DNA of 64,000 nucleotides. Origin: Candidatus Latescibacterota bacterium (GTDB lineage: Bacteria; Latescibacterota; UBA2968; UBA8231). This document shows positions 57,259 through 64,000 of the stretch, in pieces; position 1 is the first letter of the stretch, and every line of letters begins with the position of its first letter. The translations under genes and the position numbers were made by a program. Where the stretch lies: contig CBDCDC010000002.1 in the NCBI GenBank assembly GCA_965215195.1, forward strand, positions 1,824,001 through 1,888,000, written 5' to 3'. The notes under the pieces are model-generated. The model made no database searches. It had not been told where the DNA came from and worked only from the letters and a program-made list of their open reading frames with translations.

Positions 57259-58502
57259 GGGACTTCGCGGAACCGCTGCCCCAAGCGGCTCTGAATATTG
57301 AAGGGCGGAAGCGCTCCAATATTTTCGCGTGGCGGGGACAGTTTTCTCCCCAGCTCGTGGAATCTCTGCTCGTCGAGTACTGTCCTCCAGATTCGCTCGT
57401 CGTCGATCCATTTGCCGGAAGTGGGACCGTTCTCCACGAAGCGGCTCGCAGGTCTCTTCCGGCCTTCGGATTTGAGATAAACCCATCCGCGTGGTGTTTC
57501 AGCAAGCTCTACGAACTTACGGCCGTGTCTCAAGAAACGCGGCGAGAAGCGACCTTGGAGCTCCAAGACCAGATAAATCGGGAATTTCCGCTCGCCTTCT
57601 TCTCCGAGGATCGCGAATTGGGGGAAGAAGAGGTCAAAGAAAAGGTGATTCGCATGGGTGAATCGCTCACTGCGCGGGCCAAAATCATATGCAATGCACT
57701 GGTCGTTTTGTTGGACATCTACAAGAACCGAATCTCCAGCGATTTCGTGCAGAGTCGGTTCGGCTCCTTGGTGTCGCTGATACGGAGATTGCCGCTTGCG
57801 GACCGCCCGATCAAGGCGGATCTGCAGGACGCGAGGGCGCTCCCCCTTTCCAATGGGTTGGTCGATTTCGCGATCACGTCGCCACCGTACATCAACGTTT
57901 TCAACTATCACCAAAACTACAGGCGCTCAGTCGAGTTGCTCGGATGGGATCTGCTGCGCGTAGCACGGTCTGAAATCGGCTCTAATCGCGCCAATCGCGC
58001 CAATCGCTTTTGCACGGTGGTGCAGTACTGCATCGACATGGGTGGTGCGTTGCAGGAATTGGCCCGCATCCTCCGACCCGGTGGCCGTGCCATACTGATC
58101 CTTGGGCATCAATCCAAGGTGCTGGGGACGCCCTTTTTTAACGCGGATATTGTCGCACGGCTCGCCTGCGAATCGGGGATGTTCGGCCTTGCCCTCCGCC
58201 AGCAGCGCGTCTTCAAAAATCGCTATGGCGAGCCGATCCGAGAGGACGTGCTGAGCCTGCGGAAAGAGGAGCACGGGAATGCCGTCATGCCTGTCACTCT
58301 GGGGAGGAATATGGCTCGCGATTTCCTGCGCTCGGCTTTGCAGAGAGCCCCGGAGAAGAACAAGGCTCTGCTGATTGATGCTATTGATCGCATCGACCAG
58401 ATCGACGGAACGCCGATCTTTGACAGCTCATGCTACACCCACTACCAGACTAGGGCTGGCGTTGCGATGGTAAAGGAAGGCAAGCAAGCAGATGAACAGT
58501 GA
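57255..58502 (+). CDS. DNA amino-methyltransferase (SPPY type) of a type II RM system
   Basis: WRGQFSPQL, DPFAGSGT, ITSPPY; ATGA overlap with obgE stop. Confidence 0.92.
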   Translation: MRDFAEPLPQAALNIEGRKRSNIFAWRGQFSPQLVESLLVEYCPPDSLVVDPFAGSGTVLHEAARRSLPAFGFEINPSAWCFSKLYELTAVSQETRREATLELQDQINREFPLAFFSEDRELGEEEVKEKVIRMGESLTARAKIICNALVVLLDIYKNRISSDFVQSRFGSLVSLIRRLPLADRPIKADLQDARALPLSNGLVDFAITSPPYINVFNYHQNYRRSVELLGWDLLRVARSEIGSNRANRANRFCTVVQYCIDMGGALQELARILRPGGRAILILGHQSKVLGTPFFNADIVARLACESGMFGLALRQQRVFKNRYGEPIREDVLSLRKEEHGNAVMPVTLGRNMARDFLRSALQRAPEKNKALLIDAIDRIDQIDGTPIFDSSCYTHYQTRAGVAMVKEGKQADEQ

Positions 58503-59415
58503 GACAGTGGCTTTACCGACACCGCATCGAGATAAGCTCAAAGCTCTCCTTGAGAACAGACGGCTTCCCAGTGATGATCGGGGTCAAGTAGAAGAAGCGC
58601 TTCGTCGCTATTGCGACTGGATCGGTGAGATCGAGACGGTGGAGAGAGGGCAAAGAGATGTGGTTCAACGACTGGTGGAAGCGACGAATCGGTACAGAAA
58701 CTTTATCGACTTAGAGCTTATTTTTGACAGCCGGAAGGACTTCCTCTACCGACAGAAAGGACAGTTGAAACTCGACAATACGATCATCGAGGAGTTCCTG
58801 CCGCATTTGTTCTATCGGGGACTGAGCTTGAGGGATGACATTTTCGAGCTAGGCCCGCGCCAAACGTTTGCCGGTTTGAGCTTTGCGTCGTCGCTGGCGG
58901 AGCCGGGATCTGCAGGTTATCCACAGCTCAGGACCAAGAATCAAGATTTCGTCCTTGGAAAGCGTCTGTACATGATGCTGTCTTTTGACGAAAACTTTCT
59001 CGACGCTGAGCGCGTAGAGTCGCATCTGGGATACGTTTGCGCGGAATGCAAGATCAATCTCGATAAAACGATGTTTCAAGAGGCTGTGGCCACGAGCAGG
59101 GACCTGAAGACCGCTGTCCCTTCTTCCCTCTATTTCATCGTATGCGAATTTCTGGACATGACGCCGGTTTCTCTCACAACGACGCATATCGACGAGGTCC
59201 TAATCGTCAGAAAGGCGAAGCGGATGCCGGCAAACCTTCGTCAGGAGTACCGGACGGCAGACGAGAGACAAGCCCGCAGAGACGAGTACGTCCGCTTCCT
59301 AAAATCGTCGGAGTACTGTGTGGACGTATTTCAGCGCATGATCGACAAAGTTCAACATGTCCTAGATACGGCGGCCCCGCAGACACACGACGTGCTGAAT
59401 CGAGGGCATTTTTGA
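58492..59415 (+). CDS. Bpu10I-family type II restriction endonuclease
   Basis: FLYRQKGQLKLDNTIIEEFLP, K.QDF, ECKINLDKTMFQEA motifs; overlaps the MTase stop. Confidence 0.88.
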   Translation: MNSETVALPTPHRDKLKALLENRRLPSDDRGQVEEALRRYCDWIGEIETVERGQRDVVQRLVEATNRYRNFIDLELIFDSRKDFLYRQKGQLKLDNTIIEEFLPHLFYRGLSLRDDIFELGPRQTFAGLSFASSLAEPGSAGYPQLRTKNQDFVLGKRLYMMLSFDENFLDAERVESHLGYVCAECKINLDKTMFQEAVATSRDLKTAVPSSLYFIVCEFLDMTPVSLTTTHIDEVLIVRKAKRMPANLRQEYRTADERQARRDEYVRFLKSSEYCVDVFQRMIDKVQHVLDTAAPQTHDVLNRGHF

Positions 59416-59435
59416 TCGCACGGGGTGGCCGTCCG

Positions 59436-60278
59436 TCATCTAAAGCCGAGGAAGCGCCGCGCGGTCTTGCCCATGATGAGTTGGCGCTGAGCGCTGCTCA
59501 GGTTGGGCAGCAGGTGGTCGAGGACCTCGACGCACTCGCCGTAGCCGGGGTCGGCTACAATCCAGGGAAAATCCGAAGCCCACAGCAGGCGTTCAGCACC
59601 AAAGGCGGCCAGCAGGCTGCGGTGCCAAGCGGCCAAGTCGAGATAGGGATAGGTCGCCTTGGTCATGGCGTATTGACCCGACAGGTGGACGCAGACGTTG
59701 GGCGAATCGGGCGCGGGATCGAGGCACCCGGTCGGCGGCGGCATCTCTACGTCGATCTGCGGGCGGCCCTTGGCATCCCAAGTAAACCGGTCCTCGCGTG
59801 GGCAGACCATGAGGTGATTGATCGCAACGCGCACTTGGGGAAAGGCGGTGAGGAACTGGGGCAGCAGCGGCGCGGCAGCGGCGCGCAGGTAGAGCCAAAG
59901 CACGTAGTCTTTGCGGGCGGCGTGTTCCCATATAGGACGGGAAAAGTCGCCGAGCGAGCGGAGTCGGAAGCCGATGATCGAGCCGTTTTCAGCGAGGCGA
60001 TCCATGTGATCGGCGGGTGCGGGTGCGTCGGGCGGGATCAAGCCGATGCCCAAGAAGCGGTCGGGATAGGTGTGCAGGCAGTGTTGTAAATAGGCGTGGT
60101 GCGCGAGGCTGGTGCCGCCGGTTTGCACGAGCACGGCCTTGTCGATGGCGTGGGCGGCCATGTGCGCCAAGAGGTCCTCAACGGGTGCTTGGCGCTCGGC
60201 GGGCATACTCGGGGTGATTTCGCGCGGGAACTCGGCGCTGGGGCGGGCGAAGACGTGCAGATGGGAGTCGATACGCAT
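59436..60278 (-). CDS. Amidohydrolase family 2 protein
   Basis: IDSHLHV, AVLVQ, INH, FGAERLLWASDFP. Confidence 0.9.
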   Translation of the reverse strand: MRIDSHLHVFARPSAEFPREITPSMPAERQAPVEDLLAHMAAHAIDKAVLVQTGGTSLAHHAYLQHCLHTYPDRFLGIGLIPPDAPAPADHMDRLAENGSIIGFRLRSLGDFSRPIWEHAARKDYVLWLYLRAAAAPLLPQFLTAFPQVRVAINHLMVCPREDRFTWDAKGRPQIDVEMPPPTGCLDPAPDSPNVCVHLSGQYAMTKATYPYLDLAAWHRSLLAAFGAERLLWASDFPWIVADPGYGECVEVLDHLLPNLSSAQRQLIMGKTARRFLGFR

Positions 60279-60591
60279 AGTTTTAGCGGGTTGGAATGAG
60301 AGTTATTCTAAGCGACGTGAACCTGCGTCTTGGCGACCATCTTATCGGCCAACCCGTGCAGCATCCGCCGTTCTATCACTTGGCGCGTCTGGTCATCATA
60401 ATAGAAGCACCCTTGTTCGTACTCCGCCCGTTTAATGATAAACTTCGATCGGCGGTTGGACGGGAAAGTGCGTGACCCGCTCGTGGCGCGGCAGCCCCCA
60501 TTGCATTTCAGACGCCACATGAGACCTATGCAAGGAAACAGGTGTGCAACCCGCGATCATAATGTCTAGAAACAATAAGGAGCCGCAGACC

Positions 60592-60855
60592 ATGACCACC
60601 CCTCACGAACTGAATCCCGACCCGCTGCAAGTCGTCGCCGAGCTATCCAAGCGCTTAGACAGCATCAAGCACCGCCTTGACCGAATCGAGACCCACCAGC
60701 GCGAGGATATCGCCTCCCTCCGGCAGGCGATGGCCCGCTGGATGCGCTGGATTATTGGTATCGGCATCACCGGCTTTCTAGCGATAACCGGCTTGCTGGT
60801 GCCCCGCTGCACGAAGGATACGAAAAAAGAAAACGACGATACAAATTTATTTTAA
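60592..60855 (+). CDS. Small coiled-coil protein with one TM helix
   Basis: AAGGAG RBS; LSKRLDSIKHRLDRIE coiled coil then WIIGIGITGFLAITGLLV. Confidence 0.6.
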   Translation: MTTPHELNPDPLQVVAELSKRLDSIKHRLDRIETHQREDIASLRQAMARWMRWIIGIGITGFLAITGLLVPRCTKDTKKENDDTNLF

Positions 60856-60892
60856 TGAATAATTTGAACAATCTCGTAGAGCAACTTTTTTC

Positions 60893-60921
60893 TTGACAGC
60901 CTCTTGGCAGGGGTTTATTAT
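60893..60921 (+). promoter_or_regulatory. Sigma70-type promoter
   Basis: TTGACA (60893), 17 bp, TATTAT (60916); palindrome TGAACCGTTCA just downstream. Confidence 0.65.
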
Positions 60922-60976
60922 GAACCATGAACCGTTCAAATTTTTCATCCACTTCTCAAGCTAAGGAGATGCAGTA

Positions 60977-61935
60977 ATGAAGAAGTTGACCCTTTTGGCT
61001 GCTAGCGCGGCCTTTTGCTTTACTACGCTGGCCAGTGCTCAGCCACCGGTGCGCTACTTCGACTTGCCCAAGTTCACCCAAGCACCCACGCTCGACGGTG
61101 ACCGCGCAACGGTTGCTGACGAGTGGGCCGGTGCGCTAGAATTTCCCTGCTCGCCAGACCAGATCCAACTTGATGGTCAAGAGTATGGCTGGCGCAGCAT
61201 TGAGCAGGGGTACAGCGAGGTAAGCGCGAACCAGCTCAGCGAAAACGGCGAGACCGAGGTTGCAGGCGAGGGGCGTACCAACGCCGATTTCGAGTCGGTG
61301 ATTTTGCAGGCGTGGGACGACGATGCCTTGTATTACCTCACCGAGGTCAGCGATAATGTCCGCGACACCGAAGGCGGTGGTGAGGCCCGGCTTGGTGGGA
61401 GCGCGACAGCATGTCCCTGTATCTCGACTTGAACAATGAGGATTGCGCGTGCGGCGACCCGGCCCCGACTAGCTACGTCAACCTGAATGTGGTCAACTTC
61501 ATGGCTCTGCCTTTTGGCTCGCACGAGCTGTCTGTCTGCTTAATCACCACCGTAGATAATGCGCGCGTGGATGTCCACGATCCCGACGCGCTTGAGGGGT
61601 TTGAATACGGCTTCCGCGACGCCGGCGACGAGTTTGGCGAAGATGGCGATGCGGACTACGTGATTGAAGGCAAGCTGCCGTGGGATACCTTCCTGCGCAA
61701 CGGTAACCTCTTTGAAGCCCCCACGACTGGCTCTGAGATGGGCTTTGCTTGGCTGCCTATCGATTCCGATGGCGAAGATGGTTATGGCGGTCAGATTCAG
61801 TGCGTGGCTTGGGCTGGCGGCAACATGTCCGAGTTCGCCAACTATGTCTTTGTGGATACGCCGGCTGGCCCGCAAGGAGGTACAGCGGTCGAGGAAGATT
61901 CTTGGGGCCGAGTAAAGGAGACCTTCATCCAGTAG
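60977..61935 (+). pseudogene. Secreted CBM9/DOMON-like sugar-binding protein split by one frameshift (or sequencing error)
   Basis: Signal peptide, PTLDGD..EW, AWDDDALY…VSDN; continues in another frame from about 61390 as AWWERDSMSLYLD…YVIEGKLPW…TAVEEDSWGRVK. Confidence 0.72.
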
Positions 61936-61964
61936 TCAATGGCCTCTGGATAAGTTTATAAAAG

Positions 61965-62003
61965 ACGGGAAGTGGGCTTGACGCCTGCTTCCCGTTTTTT
62001 TTT
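61965..62003 (+). terminator. Rho-independent terminator
   Basis: ACGGGAAGTGGGC-TTGAC-GCCTGCTTCCCGT followed by a T run. Confidence 0.88.
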
Positions 62004-62093
62004 CTTGACCCGCGAGATTTGGCAGATATATGTTTGCGCCCGTTGATTTTCAGTTAATCAATACCAAGACCAAGTGACCCGCGAGGGGTTTTC

Positions 62094-64000
62094 ATGCTGT
62101 GTTTTCTAAAATGCCGCGTTGTCAAGTGCTGGGTGGTCTTATCCGCGCTGGTTTGCGCTGGCTTGTCCGCGCCGGCCGAGGCGCAGCGCCACCCCGAATC
62201 CGGCGGCCCGCTGCCCTATTACGACCCTACTCCCGGCACACCGCAAGATCCCCCGTGGAAAAAGCGCCCCCCCTTCCTGCGCGGTCCCCAAGACCGCTAT
62301 GACCGAGGGCTGGGGAGGACTTTTTTCAACGCCGCAGTCAGCGTCCCCTATCTCAACTACGCCGATGAAAAGTACATTGCGTACTACCGCGAAACGGTTG
62401 CTTGGGCCACCCCATCGGGCCGCTCGCCAAGGACCCGCAACGTGGGTTGGGACCGGATGGGCAACTACATGGGCGGGGGCTATCAGCGGGTCCTGACGAT
62501 AGAAGAGTCGCGCAGTGGCAACGACTTTAGTGGGTATAGCTATATCGACCACAAGTATCGGTCGTTCCGGATCGGCCACTATACGCACAAGGATTTGCAC
62601 TGGACTGCCACGTTGGGCAACTTGACCACAAGATCGGATGTGCGCACCATTTTCACGCCGCTCACGCTGGCCAACAGCAAGCTGAACGCGCTGCGCATGG
62701 ACATCAACTACAAGGAGCGCGACCGGGCAACTCTGCTCTACTCGCGCGGCGGCGACCACTCCGGGGCCCAGCTATTCTCCAAATGGGCGTTTGGCCAAGA
62801 AGGCGACGACGCTTGGGACAACTCACCGGTGCTGCTCTTTGGCGGCCACTATCAGCGCGAAGTAGGGAGCTTCGCCAGCGTTGGCGGGACGCTAATCAAC
62901 CAGATCATGGCTTCGCCGGCCCTGTCGCGCTCCAGCGCTTGGCGCGGCGATTTGCCCTATGAGATGCTCGGCCCCAAGACCATCCGCGTCTTCGTGGCCG
63001 ACGACTCGCCCGACGACGCACAGGCCAATGCTATTGTCTATGGCGTGGATATTGTCATAGAGGGTGCGCGCAGCACAGAGCCGGTGCGCCTGACCAGCCT
63101 CGACGACGACCCGGACTACGACCCAATCCTAGAAGCTGGGCCTCCCGAAGGCGGCACTGTCCGCTCCGGCGGCGAGCGCGAGGCCGAGGGCAAGGTGCCG
63201 GTGGTGTACACCTTTGTTATCCCACCGGACGTGACCGTGCGCTCGGTGCGCTTTGTCGCCGATGTGGCCGGCGATTACCGGGTCGGCGTCAGCCAGACCC
63301 ACGACTTCTTCAATATCAGCCGCCGGGGCGACGCGACGATTACTGAGGCGGCTTGGCCAGCTCCTATCGCCAGCGCCGGTGAGCGGGCCATCCGGCGTCC
63401 GTTCAAATGGTACACAGACGAGGATGAGGAACTCTACTACACCATCATCCGCGCCGATGGCAGCGACGGCAGTGGTGCCAACCGGCGGATGGTCTCCTTT
63501 GACTACGGCATTCCCACCGGGCAGAGTTTGGCCTCAATCAACTATCAGGTCGATTTGGTAGGGCTGGAAGTCAGCGGCGAGATGGCGCACAATCTGCAAA
63601 ACTTCATGTTCCCAGTCGGCAATAACGAGGGCGAGCGCAGCAGCGAGCGCGCCTTGGCGTGGTGGGTCAAGGGCGTCAAGGATCTGGCCGGTGGTCTAGC
63701 GCTGGGCGGCGAGATATACCGCATAGAGCCTGACTACGGCGGCGGCTACGATAGCTACCGCGGCGGCATGGCCTTCCACTACGATGGCCAGCCTGCTCCC
63801 GGCGAGAGAATCTCTACGGTCACTGAGGAGTTCCCCCTCCACGAGGACAACGACGATCACGACCGCTTCCCCGACAGCCACACCGAAGATACCGCCACTG
63901 CCGAGCCGCGTTTGCTTTATCCAGGCAATCCCAGTGCTCAAGTGTACCCCGGTCTCGACGAGAACGTCGATAACATCCCGGACATGGATCGCAACGAGAA
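62094..64000 (+). CDS. Large exported protein, truncated by the window edge (absent from the ORF track)
   Basis: GAGG RBS, ATG 62094, signal peptide MLCFLKCRVVKCWVVLSALVCAGLSAPAEA-Q; frame appears open to the end; acidic DxDxD-type motifs (EDNDDHDRFPD, GLDENVDNIPDMDRNE). Confidence 0.8.
   Translation, partial: MLCFLKCRVVKCWVVLSALVCAGLSAPAEAQRHPESGGPLPYYDPTPGTPQDPPWKKRPPFLRGPQDRYDRGLGRTFFNAAVSVPYLNYADEKYIAYYRETVAWATPSGRSPRTRNVGWDRMGNYMGGGYQRVLTIEESRSGNDFSGYSYIDHKYRSFRIGHYTHKDLHWTATLGNLTTRSDVRTIFTPLTLANSKLNALRMDINYKERDRATLLYSRGGDHSGAQLFSKWAFGQEGDDAWDNSPVLLFGGHYQREVGSFASVGGTLINQIMASPALSRSSAWRGDLPYEMLGPKTIRVFVADDSPDDAQANAIVYGVDIVIEGARSTEPVRLTSLDDDPDYDPILEAGPPEGGTVRSGGEREAEGKVPVVYTFVIPPDVTVRSVRFVADVAGDYRVGVSQTHDFFNISRRGDATITEAAWPAPIASAGERAIRRPFKWYTDEDEELYYTIIRADGSDGSGANRRMVSFDYGIPTGQSLASINYQVDLVGLEVSGEMAHNLQNFMFPVGNNEGERSSERALAWWVKGVKDLAGGLALGGEIYRIEPDYGGGYDSYRGGMAFHYDGQPAPGERISTVTEEFPLHEDNDDHDRFPDSHTEDTATAEPRLLYPGNPSAQVYPGLDENVDNIPDMDRNE

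Noticed and set aside
60308-60520. 70-aa minus-strand ORF that looks like a gene remnant
   Set aside because: The C-terminal half looks protein-like but no family or RBS could be recognised.
62006-62085. 11-bp direct repeat TGACCCGCGAG and TTGAT-N9-ATCAA palindrome upstream of the last gene
   Set aside because: Spacing does not match an FNR/CRP box and two copies are insufficient evidence.
1-64000. CRISPR array, tRNA, rRNA, integrase or transposase genes
   Set aside because: No regularly spaced repeats, RNA gene signatures or recombinase motifs were seen by eye.

Overview
GC-rich bacterial chromosomal window. Gene content and C-terminal motifs (FlgD-Ig/'YPNPFN' domain, 'TAVE..SWGxxK' tail) suggest a Latescibacterota/Gemmatimonadota-like organism (inference). 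1-7722 is an AT-richer five-gene operon, cut by the left edge: a large protein (possibly tubulin-like), a Zn-ribbon/Ig-fused Hsp70-fold ATPase, a coiled-coil GrpE-like protein, and a ZorA/MotA-like plus ZorB/MotB-like stator pair with no zorC/D/E downstream. This is the best candidate for an undescribed Zorya-related system. Next come a cobalamin-riboswitch-controlled B12 uptake/salvage operon, a sugar ABC transporter with a secreted mutarotase, PolX-PHP, an RND pump, an SPL-like radical SAM cluster, Ser/Ser DapF, an Omp85 fusion, and the housekeeping run yicC-cmk-coaBC-udg-dnaB-obgE. Four restriction-modification loci are interspersed, three with internally deleted genes, along with a frameshifted PIN TA module, a chimeric udg/coaBC duplication scar and several MITEs carrying REP-like hairpins. 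No rRNA, tRNA or CRISPR array was seen. All family assignments come from motif recognition by eye, not database searches.
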